Below are positions 35,801 to 45,048 of a stretch of 58,589 bases of DNA, in pieces; position 1 is the first letter of the stretch; the number at the start of each line of letters is the position of its first letter. Source of the stretch: Candidatus Eiseniibacteriota bacterium (GTDB lineage: Bacteria; Eisenbacteria; RBG-16-71-46; JABDJR01; JAWXBZ01); contig JAWXBZ010000011.1 of the NCBI GenBank assembly GCA_034440375.1, positions 1 through 58,589 of the forward strand, read 5' to 3'. Below the pieces are notes generated by a model that had not been told where the DNA came from, did no database searches, and worked only from the letters and a program-made list of their open reading frames with translations. The position numbers were made by a program, and so were the translations under genes.

Positions 35801-36142
35801 GAGTATGAACGGCAGCACGATGGCCCAGCCCGCGATGCCCGCTTCGAGGATGGCGTAGATGACCAGGGGGTGCCCCCCTCGATCGATCCGCCGACCGAAG
35901 AGGTAGGAACCGATCGCCAATCCGGCCATGTAGGCCGAGAGCACGGTGGCGATGGCCGAGGCGGTGCCCCCGAACACGAACGTGAACAGACGGCTCCAGA
36001 CCACCTGATAGACGAGGGCGCTGGCGCCGGAGAGGAAAAAAAGTCCCAGAACCGCCAGGTCTGTCCCGGACAGGCCCCCGGTGCCCGATTCGGAATGGGC
36101 GGCCCGGCGGATGGTGGCGGCTTTGGATCGGCTGCTGGTCAA
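32831..36142 (-). CDS. Fused MFS-like / spermidine-synthase-like protein with C-terminal TPRs
   Basis: Duplicated SG..AL.Y(Q/E)V.W and G.LYA.NT.GA membrane repeats; VLMIGLASG, DGRNYL, YDVIISQPSNPW, TDDN..LEF; TPRs. Confidence 0.88.
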   Translation of the reverse strand: MTSSRSKAATIRRAAHSESGTGGLSGTDLAVLGLFFLSGASALVYQVVWSRLFTFVFGGTASAIATVLSAYMAGLAIGSYLFGRRIDRGGHPLVIYAILEAGIAGWAIVLPFILTLLDGLYGGLYRSLNPGPMGLSLIRFALSFLVLLVPTILMGGTLPVLSRLLVDNRSAVGLKAGLLYAINTIGAVAGTASAGFFLIPAFGMRSATWIAVAFNILVTLLAVLLVRRIAVPNPGAIKDGPPTLIDTASPPPADVRAGAGGVRRAALVVYALSGFAALTYEVAWTKVLSGALGTTTYAFTAMLTTFLAGLSLGAMIAARWLNRFEPARMMALMQLGIAVLALMALPLFGNLPILFIQAFKTWGPSWPAQVFSRFVLCTITMLPPTILMGAAFPLVARLYTQGTVGLGRKVGEMYAANTVGAILGSFVAGFIFIPAIGRQSTILVAVGVNLLSALILYTVLARAGWMNRRAWIPAGVLAAAALSLLPITARRWDPYLMASGAYVYAESYAKDKDMTASIHEQRLLLFKEESEAILSVWRSQHVLSLRTNGKVEASSSGDMLTQKMISHLPILYHRAPSDVLMIGLASGISLGSVIVHPEVSKADCVEMLAGMREVSDYFRKWNHDALRDPRTKLLINDGRNYLQLTDRMYDVIISQPSNPWIVGIGSLFTREFFQLGARRLNPDGIFCQWVQTYQMSRADFGSILKTYHEVFPHVAIWMGVPGDVILVGGRQPLGLDWNRLHDRLAVPSVAEDLDVVGVTDPESFLTAYLGGEAMLTSLTREAGPIITDDNLLLEFSMPQNLYDPHVLMMDQAVLIPLRGRLTSTLTNGPADSLEQLSARLFEGRRLTLAGVMQWQAGRNAETVATLEQALRLVPGDPLAIHYLSQTRNSIGLTLLEGGQTTQALGEFRRAAAVGSPSERALALNNIGLQYFSDDQPDSARDYWQRAVDIEPDSPIIHYNLALVEEKLGRPLNAAGHYRTVIELEPENAGALNNLAWILSQDVATAAEAVGFARRAVAVEPVDPYRDTLGWSLFQSGDMVLAEKIFRDIMLRAPDNLEARFHLARLLIQKGQGPLARPLLDEVARRAKGQPLGEQAAAELKALR

Positions 36143-36413
36143 GTCACTCCCGAAATCCCATGGGTTTCCGACCCGGGACGGGCCGGGCGACCGGGTGTAA
36201 AGACGCGCAAGAGACTATCATCCGGCGAGTTGGCCGGACAACCAGATCCCGGGCTTTCTCCATGGTCCATTGGAAGCTGTTGCGACAATCTTGCCCGCTC
36301 ATATAAGATTTTGCACTTACGCAAGGCCCTTTCGGAGTCGGTCCGACTGGCCAATTCGCCCGGGGCCCCCATATCGGGTTAGCACCCGGTCAACTCCAGA
36401 GGAGCAATCACGC

Positions 36414-38186
36414 ATGAATCGCGGTCTTTCGGCCGGCCTACTTCTGACCCTGCTCGTCACCCTGGCCGCGGGCTGCTCGCGCAAGGCCAATGATCCAACC
36501 CTGGCCACGGTTGGCGAGAAGACGATCCGACTCTCCCACTACGTCTCGGCCTGGCAGGGACTGCCGGATCAATCGAAGCCCGATGTCGCCACGCCCGAAG
36601 CTCGCCTGGCTTTCCTGAATGACCTCATCAACAAGGATGTCATGGAGATGGAGGCCCGCCGCCGGCAGCCGGAACTCGAGGAAACTCAGCGCCGTCGGCT
36701 CCACCGCTTCGCCGAGACGCAGTTGATGAATCAGCTGACCGAGGTCGAGATCAACCGGAAGATCAAGGTCGATGACGCCGAGATCCGTCCGATCTGGAAT
36801 CGGATGGACCGCGAATTTCACGCCCGCCACATCCTGGTGCCGACCCAGGAACAGGCCCTGGATATTCGGAAGCAGCTCGACGCAGGCGCCACGTTCGAGG
36901 ACATGGCCCGCGAGCATTCGAAGGATCCCGATAATGCCACCCGGGGCGGTGATCTGGGTTGGGTCACGGCCGGAGTCATGGTCCAGCCGTTCGAAGAGGC
37001 GCTCTTCGAACTTGAGCCGGGGGAGATCTCGCCGCCGGTCATGACGCGCTTTGGATGGCACCTGATCAAGGTCGACGAGAAACGAACGGCCGAACGACCC
37101 GAATTTGATGCGGTCCGGGAGAAGGTCTACATGCTCCTGCTCCAGCAGCGTTCGCTCGCCCGGCAGGAAGCCTTCCAGAAGGAGCTGAACGAGAAGGGGA
37201 AGCCGCAAAACCAGATCGAAGCCATTCAGCTCATCGACAAGAAGTACTACTTCGAGGTGCCCGCGGCGCAGGCCAACGATCCATACGCGATGCTAAACGC
37301 CAATCGGACCACGCCGGCTTTCACTAAGGAGGAACTGGCCCTCCCGGTCATCAAGTTCGCCGACCGGCCGGATTTCACGATGCAGGCCTTCAACGAGCAG
37401 CTCTCGTGGATGCCGCCAGGCCTCTGGCCCTCCGGCAAGGGGCTCGATGAAATCGAGACGCTTCTTCGTCAGATGACCCGGACCAAGCTGTATCGCGATC
37501 ACGCCCTCGCGCTTGGGCTTGAAAAGACGCCCGAGTATTTCCGCCTGATCCAGAAGAAGGAAAGCGAGATGCGGGTCAACGGGCTCTACTACAACCAGGT
37601 CCTGGGGGCCATCCAGTTGACGGATACCGACCGGCGAAACTTCTTCGATCAGCATCCGGAAAACTACCGGGTGGCCGAACGCTATCGGCTGTCACGCATC
37701 GAGACACCCGATTCCTCCGTGGCGGTACTGGCCTACCGCGCCTGGAAAACCGGCAAGGATTTCGCGGATATCGAATCGCTGGTCAAGGGTCTCGATCCGA
37801 CGGCCGGTGCCGTGGCGGCGTCATTTGAAATTCCGCGCGGGCAGAGTGCCCCGGTCGACACGGTCGTGTTCCAGTCCCGAATTGGCGACATCATCGGTCC
37901 GATTTTTCTCGAAAGCACCCAGCTCGAGAGCGGTCAGACCCTTCCGCCGCGCTGGCTGGTGGGCAAGGTCCTCGACATCAAGCCGGAGCGGTTGATGACC
38001 TACGAGGAGGCGGAGTCGTTCGTGGCCGAGCACGCCAAGACGGCACGCGCCGAAGAAGACCTGAAAAAGATTCTCGAGGACGCGCGGGTCACGTTCAAGG
38101 TCAAGGTGGACGATGCCGCCATGGCGAAGCTGACGGCCGCCACCATCCAGGAAGCGCCAAAGAAGTCGGTTCCGACCCCGAGCTAG
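36414..38186 (+). CDS. Parvulin-type peptidyl-prolyl isomerase lipoprotein (PrsA/SurA-like)
   Basis: GAGGAG RBS; lipobox LAAGC; ARHILV, FEDMAREHS.D, GGDLGW, FEEALF and T.FGWHLIK motifs; second degenerate parvulin domain. Confidence 0.88.
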   Translation: MNRGLSAGLLLTLLVTLAAGCSRKANDPTLATVGEKTIRLSHYVSAWQGLPDQSKPDVATPEARLAFLNDLINKDVMEMEARRRQPELEETQRRRLHRFAETQLMNQLTEVEINRKIKVDDAEIRPIWNRMDREFHARHILVPTQEQALDIRKQLDAGATFEDMAREHSKDPDNATRGGDLGWVTAGVMVQPFEEALFELEPGEISPPVMTRFGWHLIKVDEKRTAERPEFDAVREKVYMLLLQQRSLARQEAFQKELNEKGKPQNQIEAIQLIDKKYYFEVPAAQANDPYAMLNANRTTPAFTKEELALPVIKFADRPDFTMQAFNEQLSWMPPGLWPSGKGLDEIETLLRQMTRTKLYRDHALALGLEKTPEYFRLIQKKESEMRVNGLYYNQVLGAIQLTDTDRRNFFDQHPENYRVAERYRLSRIETPDSSVAVLAYRAWKTGKDFADIESLVKGLDPTAGAVAASFEIPRGQSAPVDTVVFQSRIGDIIGPIFLESTQLESGQTLPPRWLVGKVLDIKPERLMTYEEAESFVAEHAKTARAEEDLKKILEDARVTFKVKVDDAAMAKLTAATIQEAPKKSVPTPS

Positions 38187-38941
38187 GGCGCCAGGGCTTT
38201 CTGGAGTGTCAACTGCCAGTGACTGGCCAGAAGCGCCTTGAGCAGCACATCCAGGATAACCAGGGCCAGTGACAGTGACAGGAAGTGCGAAGCCGGACCG
38301 GGCCACCGGCCGGGCTCGTCCTTGAGCCGTCGGATGGCGGTGCGAAAGAGCCAGGCCATGGCCACACCGCCGGCGATGTAGCCGACGACGCGCACCATCG
38401 ACCAGATCGGCCACCCCATGAGCGCCAGCGTCCAGGTGCTGTCCGATCCGACATCGTTCACAAAGAGTGAGCCGACGTAAAAGCTCATGTAGTTCAGCAG
38501 GACGGCTCCCATGACAAGTCCGGCCCCGCCGGCGGTCAGGGCCGAAAGCACCAGGAATCCGCCGTAGTGCAGGGCGTGCTGCGGCAGGAAGAGTCGGGGC
38601 GAACCTTCCCTCCCGATGCCGGACCTGATCCAGGTGAACATCTCGTCCCGGTAGGCGGCGCCTTGCCAGATTGCGGCTTCGGCGCCCACCGGGTCCCACT
38701 GCGTATTCAGGATAACCGAGGTGCTCGACGCGACGGCCCACAGCACCATGAGACCGAGGGCCGCGCCCAGGCGGCCGGCCTGGATCCGATCGGCAAACAC
38801 CAGGATGGCGGGCAGCGCCGTCAGGACGGGCATGAGGATGGGCTGACCGATCCGTATGCCGACCCAGGCGAGGAGTGGCGCGCTGAGGACGAGGACAACC
38901 GCGGCTTCGCGGTCGCGCGGCAGAATGCGCGGCACTCTCAC
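38183..38941 (-). CDS. Hypothetical polytopic membrane protein
   Basis: GTGA overlap with the UbiA-family gene; several hydrophobic segments. Confidence 0.7.
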   Translation of the reverse strand: MRVPRILPRDREAAVVLVLSAPLLAWVGIRIGQPILMPVLTALPAILVFADRIQAGRLGAALGLMVLWAVASSTSVILNTQWDPVGAEAAIWQGAAYRDEMFTWIRSGIGREGSPRLFLPQHALHYGGFLVLSALTAGGAGLVMGAVLLNYMSFYVGSLFVNDVGSDSTWTLALMGWPIWSMVRVVGYIAGGVAMAWLFRTAIRRLKDEPGRWPGPASHFLSLSLALVILDVLLKALLASHWQLTLQKALAP

Positions 38942-39843
38942 AGGAGGTAGGCCACCATGAAGCCAATCTGGGTCACGAACATCATCCAGTACATGTGCGT
39001 CCACGACGGGTGGTTCTCGGTGGCGGCCAGTTCCTCCGGCCGGCGCAGGATCAGCCAGCAAACATAACTTCCCCACAGGGCAAGCCCGAGCCCGAGCAGT
39101 ACCAGAAAGTGACCGTTGCCGGTCAGTATCCCCAGGTGCACCCCCAACGGCAGCAAGAGGAACGGCAGCACGAAAGAGGGGGATATCATCCAGGCACTGG
39201 CCGCAAGGCCGTAAACGATCGGTAGCGTCCGGCAGCCGTCGGCCTTGTCCCCCTCGATGTCCGAGTAGTCCTTGGTCGTGGCGGCGCCCAGCAGGAAGAG
39301 GCCGAAGATGGAGCCGATGAACCAGGGCTCCACTCCGAGGGCGCTCTTCACGGTCGACCAGCCGGCCACCTTGAGGAGGACCCCCCGCGGAATGGCAATC
39401 GTGACATTGGCCAACAGCCCCAGTCTCTTGGTCCGAAGCGGCGGGGCCGAGTAGGCCCATGTAAAGATGGCGGCGACCAGCGCCAGCAGGAAGCACTGCC
39501 AGTTGACCAGTGCGGCAAGGATGAGGGCCAGCGCGAAGGTGACGACGCTGAACCAGCCCGCTTCCCGAAGGCTCATCCTCCCCGAGGGGATGGGGCGCCC
39601 CGGCTTGTTGACCCGGTCGTTGGTCAGGTCATATATCTGATTCAGGCCATTCGACGCGGCGTTCAACACGGCGGCCATCAAGGTGCCCAGCGCGATGTGT
39701 ACCACGTGCCGCCAGGCAAAGACTTCGTGTGGATACGCGCCATAAGCGGTGACGCCTCCCGACAAGATACCAAGTGCGGGCGCCACCAGGGTAAAGGGCC
39801 GGGCAAACTCCCAGTAGAGCGCCGCTCGTTTTGTGAGTGACAA
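38938..39843 (-). CDS. UbiA-superfamily prenyltransferase (DGGGP-synthase/homogentisate-prenyltransferase-like)
   Basis: RPFT, NQIYD...DRVNKP.RPIPSG, YSAPPLR.K and KDYSDIEGD motifs. Start is TTG 39843 or ATG 39909. Confidence 0.85.
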   Translation of the reverse strand: MSLTKRAALYWEFARPFTLVAPALGILSGGVTAYGAYPHEVFAWRHVVHIALGTLMAAVLNAASNGLNQIYDLTNDRVNKPGRPIPSGRMSLREAGWFSVVTFALALILAALVNWQCFLLALVAAIFTWAYSAPPLRTKRLGLLANVTIAIPRGVLLKVAGWSTVKSALGVEPWFIGSIFGLFLLGAATTKDYSDIEGDKADGCRTLPIVYGLAASAWMISPSFVLPFLLLPLGVHLGILTGNGHFLVLLGLGLALWGSYVCWLILRRPEELAATENHPSWTHMYWMMFVTQIGFMVAYLL

Positions 39844-40099
39844 GGAGATCCAGGCCCTCGAAAAGTCGGGTAACCTAACTTGCGTCAGATCAATAACTAA
39901 AGCTACCATCTCGAATGTAGAACGTCAAATTGAATGCTGGTGGCCGCACCCGGAGTGTTCCGGTAATCGGGCGCCATGCCGATGGTGTCCGCATCACAAG
40001 GAACCGGAGGTCGGAAATCGTGTTTGTGGCGCGGGCCGACGGCTGCGCCACGGTCGACTCATCTGGACATCCCTTCCAGTCCCCGATCATGGAGCGTAC

Positions 40100-43000
40100 A
40101 TGACCGATTGCGCGCGTCGCTTGACCCTTCGTCCCGCTCTGTTTCTTGCCCTCCTTGCCCTGCTGCTCCCAACCCGTCCGGTATCCGCGTCCACCGACAA
40201 TCCATTTCGATTGGTCAGTGCCGACGAACGGGGCGTGACACTGGAGTACACGGCGCCCGAACCGCGCTTCGAAGAGGTGGAGACACCGTTCGGCCTGTTC
40301 AGCCGAATTCGGATGGATGGCCACGCCCTGGCCGGGTATCTCGGACAGCCGGAGCTGCCCGAGCGGGGTGCCGGCGTCGCCATCCCCGAGGGGGCCGAAC
40401 CGTCGATCTCCTTCGAGATCCTCGAGAGTGGCGAGTACGTCGGCCGCCGACCGCTGCCGGTGAGCCATGGGCCGGAGAAAAACGGCTCCCGCCTCGAGCG
40501 GGATGGTGCCCAGGCCTTCGATCCCGAGGCTTATGCGCTGACGGGTGTCTCCGATGCGCCCCCGATCACCTTCGAGGAAATCGGCCGCCTGCGGCATCAC
40601 CGGGTCGGCCAGGTGGGCGTCCGACCGCTGGTCTTTCACGCCGGCCAGGACCGCCTGACGCTGATCCGACGGGCCCGAATCCGCGTCGATTTTCGTCTCC
40701 CCGCGCGCGGCGCGAACAACCCCACCGCCATGGCGCTCCCCGTCGGCACCGAACAAGCCTGGGAGGAAACGTATCGTGGAGCTTTCCTCAACTACGAATC
40801 GGCGAAGTCGTTCCGCACCCGGCCGGCCCCGGGCCTCGACATCTCCTCGCGTGACCGCGGGTCGATCGAAGCCGCAGACCTGGCTTCCGCCGCCGCCCCG
40901 GTAACGGACGGCAATCCGGAGTGGCGCCTGTTCGTGGCGCGCACCGGCCTCTACTACGCCAGCTTCGCGGAGCTTTCAGCGAAAGGGTGGCCGGCCGGTG
41001 TGGCCACCGCCCAGATCGACTTCTACGAAAAATCATTCAACCAGGCGAACCCCGCCAATCCGCTGATCCGCGACATCCCCATCCTGGTCGAGGAGGGGGA
41101 AACCGGCACGGCCGGCGTCTTCGACGGGGACGACACGATCTACCTGTACGTGCTCAACTACGTCGATCGGTACCAGGCCGGCCCGGCCATCACCCGCTTC
41201 AGCAATCTGAATGCCTACTGGCTTTCATGGCGGGCCGCCGGAGGGCAGCGCATGGCGGCTTCCCCCGGCTGGTTCGAATCGGCCTCCGTGACGACGCCTT
41301 CGAGCTACGTCATGGAAAGCCACTACGAGCTGAACCCCTACTACATCGACAGCCGTCCCGAGTCGGAACTGAGCGTCACCTACCCGACGATCGAGGCCTA
41401 CTTCTGGCTCGAGGCCATCGCCTACATCGAGGAACTCCAGTTCCAGACACCGGGGCGGGATGCCACCCGTCCCTTCCGGGTCCGCGCCCGCTGGCAGGGG
41501 CTCTTCGCCGGCACCCACTTTGTCTCCATCTGGGCGAAGCAGGGGTGCGGCAGTGTGCCCGATACCCTGCTTGCCAATCGGCGCACCTTCGCCAGCGGCG
41601 CCGAATTCATCTACGACTCCGGCTATACGGTTCCGGGCGCCCGGTTGAACGACGGCTGCAACGAACTTCGCCTCCAGGGAAACGGCGTGGCCAACGGCGA
41701 TCCGACCAGCCAGGGGAGCGGCGCCTATTTCGACTGGTTCGATGTCGATTACCACCGTCGCTACGTGGCATCGGGCGGCACCCTTCGCTTCACCTCCGGT
41801 CGGGCCACCGGCGATGTCGAGTTCGTCATTTCCGATCTGAAAGAGGACCAGGTCCTGGTCTTCGACATCACCGACGCCCTGGCCCCGCGCCTCGTCACCA
41901 TCGGCCCGGAGCATATCGTCCAGACCGCCGGCCCGCCCCAGCGGCGGTACGAGCTGCGGATGCGCGCCCAGGTGACCGGCGGCCAGCGGACCTACCTGCT
42001 CCACGAACTCTCCAGCATTCCGCTCCTGACCACCGCCGTGGCCGTCAACCGGATGCCCAAGGACCAGGGGACGACGAACCTGGCCATGGATATTCCCGAT
42101 CAGTTGACGACCGACACCGGGGCCAACGCGCTCGTGATCGTCCCGCCCGAATTTCGGGAGACGTTTGCCCCGTGGAAGGCGCTTCGCGAATCGCAGGGAT
42201 ACCGGATGCGGGTCGCCACGCCGCAGGACATCTACGATCAATTCAACGGGGGGGTCAAATCGCCGTTCGCCATCCGGCAGTGGCTAAGGCACGTCTACCG
42301 GAACTGGGCGGTGCCGCCGGACATGGTCGTCCTGATCGGCGACGGCAACGAGGACCACCGGAGCGATGTCACGGCCAACCCCAAGTTCAAATCCGATACC
42401 GACTGGATTCCGACGATGATGTCGTACGGGCCGGTCCCGAACGTGGCTCAACGCCTCGAGAAAATCGGCACCGACCACTGGTATATCGGTTCGCTCGGCC
42501 CCTCGCAGGGGGATTTCGACATCCTGCCCGAAATGTTCATCGGGCGCATTACTGTCAGCAGCGTGGCCGAGGCCCAGGTGCAGGTGGACAAGCTGGTGAA
42601 TTACGACAACTACTCGCCGAGCGATACGTGGCGGAATCGCGGCCTCATCGTCAGTGACGACCAGTTTTCCAGTCCACTTTCCGGGTTCAGCACCTACGGC
42701 TACCAGTCGGGCGAACTGATCTTCGAGGAAGGGGGCGATTCGCTGTCCAATGTCTATTCCAACCTTTCGTGCTACACCGGCTTCAGCGTCGATCACTTCC
42801 GGCTGGACGACTACCTGACCGCCTTGAATCGGCCCAAGCCCCCCTGTCCGGCGGACAACCGGACCTGCCAGGCCAGTGCCTCGGCGGCGCAGGCGGAGGC
42901 CCGTCGGACGGCCACGCCGGCCTGGGTCCAGAAATCGAGCGAGGGGCACCTCTTCCAGATATTCTCGGGGCATGCCAATTCGGCCGTCATGGCCACCGAG

Positions 43001-44371
43001 CTGTTTGTCGAATTTCGGGGCGATCGTCTATCGCCCGATGCCCGGATCACCGATCAGCTCACCAATTATGGCAAGCCGTTCATTTTCATCGGCGTGGCCT
43101 GCCACCTGAACGAGTTCGAGTCGTATAACGAGGGGAATACCAAGCACTGCCTCTCCGAGTCGATGCTCCTCCTGCCGAACCGGGGAGCGATCGCCTCGAT
43201 CGCTTCCACGGGCTTCGAGTGGCTCCCTTCGAACAAGGGGGTTGAGCTCTACCTGGGCCGGGCCCTCTTCGCCGACCATCCGCGCGATCCGGTGACCGGC
43301 CGGCCGCGCCGGATCCTTGGAGAAGCCACCTATACCGGCCTCGTTCGGCTGGTACTGGAGCTGGGCGTTTCGCAGGCATTCCTGTACCGGGAGACCATCC
43401 GCTCGTACGGCCTTCTCGGCGACCCGTTGATGCGGATCGACATGGCCCCGCCGGTACTTTCGGTCACGGTAGACGGCCAGGCCGTCGAGCCGAACGCCAC
43501 CATCCGGGCCGCCGTCGGCCAGGGCGGGGTAACCGTCCGGGTGAAGGTGGCCGACGATGTGGATGACCGGGTGGACAGCTTCGCCATCCAAAGCGGCGGG
43601 ACCGCCGTTCCAGCCAGCCAGTGGACCGCAACCCCGTTCCAGACTTCGGATCTCGGCGCCTGTCACGGCGTCACGATCGACTGGCCGGCGACCATCCAAC
43701 CGGCCAACTACACGATCAACCTGACCGGAACCGATTGGATTGGCCGGACGATGGAGTTTCCGCTCCGCGTCGAGGTTCAAACCGAGTTCAAAATCGAGGG
43801 GCGCACCATCACGCCGAATGAACTCCTGCCGACCGACGTGGCGCTGGAGAGTTGTGTCATCCTGCCGGTCGAGGTGACCCCGGGCGCCGTCCGATTCCTC
43901 GTGAATGGTGAATCGGGCTACTTCAACGTGACGGAGGGAATCGATGCCCGCGAGTGGTTGGGTACACTCACCCGCACACTACCGAGCGGTACGCTCACCA
44001 TTGTGACGATGGTTCACGACCAGCCGGTGGGGTCGTTTCAAATCCGGACACAGGCGGAATTCGGTGTTGATGCCATCTACTTCTATCCCAGCCCATGGAA
44101 CGGAGTTGACCCGGCCTACTTCACCTATCAGTTGAGCTATCTCGAAGGTGGTTTGCCGCGGTCCGCCCGTGTCAGCGTCTACTCCGTCAGCGGTCGCAAG
44201 GTGGTCACGATCGAGGCGCCGACCCAGGTCGGACGCAACACGCTGGCGTGGAACGTCACCGACGAAAAGGGGGATGCGATCTCGAACGGCGTGTACCTCT
44301 ACAAGCTGACCATCGAAGATGCCGAGGGCAGACTTCACACGACGGTTGATCGCCTGGTCGTTCATCGCTGA
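40100..44371 (+). CDS. C25 (gingipain/PorU-like) cysteine peptidase with propeptide and C-terminal T9SS-CTD/FlgD-Ig-like domain
   Basis: Signal peptide; G.PELP propeptide; IYDQFNGG, LIGDG, D.WY, IGRI, FSGH (His), VAC (Cys), GAIA and LLGDP motifs; tail YP.P...VYSVSGRKV...W...D..G..ISNGVYLYKL. Confidence 0.88.
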   Translation: MTDCARRLTLRPALFLALLALLLPTRPVSASTDNPFRLVSADERGVTLEYTAPEPRFEEVETPFGLFSRIRMDGHALAGYLGQPELPERGAGVAIPEGAEPSISFEILESGEYVGRRPLPVSHGPEKNGSRLERDGAQAFDPEAYALTGVSDAPPITFEEIGRLRHHRVGQVGVRPLVFHAGQDRLTLIRRARIRVDFRLPARGANNPTAMALPVGTEQAWEETYRGAFLNYESAKSFRTRPAPGLDISSRDRGSIEAADLASAAAPVTDGNPEWRLFVARTGLYYASFAELSAKGWPAGVATAQIDFYEKSFNQANPANPLIRDIPILVEEGETGTAGVFDGDDTIYLYVLNYVDRYQAGPAITRFSNLNAYWLSWRAAGGQRMAASPGWFESASVTTPSSYVMESHYELNPYYIDSRPESELSVTYPTIEAYFWLEAIAYIEELQFQTPGRDATRPFRVRARWQGLFAGTHFVSIWAKQGCGSVPDTLLANRRTFASGAEFIYDSGYTVPGARLNDGCNELRLQGNGVANGDPTSQGSGAYFDWFDVDYHRRYVASGGTLRFTSGRATGDVEFVISDLKEDQVLVFDITDALAPRLVTIGPEHIVQTAGPPQRRYELRMRAQVTGGQRTYLLHELSSIPLLTTAVAVNRMPKDQGTTNLAMDIPDQLTTDTGANALVIVPPEFRETFAPWKALRESQGYRMRVATPQDIYDQFNGGVKSPFAIRQWLRHVYRNWAVPPDMVVLIGDGNEDHRSDVTANPKFKSDTDWIPTMMSYGPVPNVAQRLEKIGTDHWYIGSLGPSQGDFDILPEMFIGRITVSSVAEAQVQVDKLVNYDNYSPSDTWRNRGLIVSDDQFSSPLSGFSTYGYQSGELIFEEGGDSLSNVYSNLSCYTGFSVDHFRLDDYLTALNRPKPPCPADNRTCQASASAAQAEARRTATPAWVQKSSEGHLFQIFSGHANSAVMATELFVEFRGDRLSPDARITDQLTNYGKPFIFIGVACHLNEFESYNEGNTKHCLSESMLLLPNRGAIASIASTGFEWLPSNKGVELYLGRALFADHPRDPVTGRPRRILGEATYTGLVRLVLELGVSQAFLYRETIRSYGLLGDPLMRIDMAPPVLSVTVDGQAVEPNATIRAAVGQGGVTVRVKVADDVDDRVDSFAIQSGGTAVPASQWTATPFQTSDLGACHGVTIDWPATIQPANYTINLTGTDWIGRTMEFPLRVEVQTEFKIEGRTITPNELLPTDVALESCVILPVEVTPGAVRFLVNGESGYFNVTEGIDAREWLGTLTRTLPSGTLTIVTMVHDQPVGSFQIRTQAEFGVDAIYFYPSPWNGVDPAYFTYQLSYLEGGLPRSARVSVYSVSGRKVVTIEAPTQVGRNTLAWNVTDEKGDAISNGVYLYKLTIEDAEGRLHTTVDRLVVHR

Positions 44372-44632
44372 GGGTCCACACACTGCGGTTTCCGCGCCGC
44401 GGATGCCACCGGAAATCACCTTTGATGCGCATCGTGGCGCCCGCCCGCGTGGCCCGTCACCCGTCGCGCATCGGCGGTAATCCGCAATTTTTATGGCCTG
44501 TTCGCGTTTCTGCTCTTGACGACCCGCCGCGCTGGTGATAAATCCAGCATGTCACGGTGCGTGAAATGACCGCGCGCACCACGCTGCTCCCCGTCCGGGG
44601 CGCGGTGCTCGGGGTCATCCGGAGGAACGTCC

Positions 44633-44899
44633 ATGAACAAAGCGGACCTCATCGAATCCGTCGCCAATGACTGTGGATTCACCAAGAAGGACGCGGCGGC
44701 GGCCGTGGAAGCCACCCTCGGCCATATCAAGAAGGGGGTCAAGAAGGGGAATGTCCAGCTCATCGGCTTCGGTTCGTTTGCGGTGACGCGTCGCAAGGCT
44801 CGCATGGGCCGGAACCCGCAGACGGGCGAAGCGATCAAGATCGCCGCCTCGAAGTCGGTCCGCTTCAAGCCTGGCAAGGAGTTCAAGGACAAGCTCTAG
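44633..44899 (+). CDS. hup: DNA-binding protein HU
   Basis: GGAGG RBS; MNKADLI, VQLIGFGSF, R.GRNPQTG and FKPGK motifs. Confidence 0.95.
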   Translation: MNKADLIESVANDCGFTKKDAAAAVEATLGHIKKGVKKGNVQLIGFGSFAVTRRKARMGRNPQTGEAIKIAASKSVRFKPGKEFKDKL

Positions 44900-44933
44900 T
44901 CCCGACCCAGACTTCAGAATTCCCGGATATCGC

Positions 44934-44967
44934 ACGGGCCCGAGGCCGTCCAAGGCTTCGGGCCCGT
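44934..44967. terminator. GC-rich hairpin downstream of hup
   Basis: ACGGGCCCGAGGCC-GTCCAA-GGCTTCGGGCCCGT; no clear U-tract. Confidence 0.45.
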
Positions 44968-44982
44968 TGCCATTGGGGGAGG

Positions 44983-45048
44983 AGCAACTCGGTCTGGACC
45001 GAGTCTTGTCAGTTACGCCTGACGAAACTCGCACCGGTGCGAGTTGCT
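44983..45048. repeat. Nested inverted-repeat element
   Basis: A 66-bp imperfect inverted repeat; each arm contains ACTCG-N8-CGAGT, and 45026-45045 is a perfect 20-bp palindrome. Confidence 0.7.

Noticed and set aside
36280-36296. Second sigma54 promoter on the minus strand (GGGCAAGATTGTCGCAA)
   Set aside because: GG-N10-GC spacing is present but the match to TGGCAC/TTGC is poor; likely chance.
36379-36405. CIRCE element (TTAGCACCC...)
   Set aside because: Only a partial left arm, with no GAGTGCTAA right arm.
44983-45048. Integron attC site
   Set aside because: The ends do not match RYYYAAC/GTTRRRY, and there is no integrase or cassette array.
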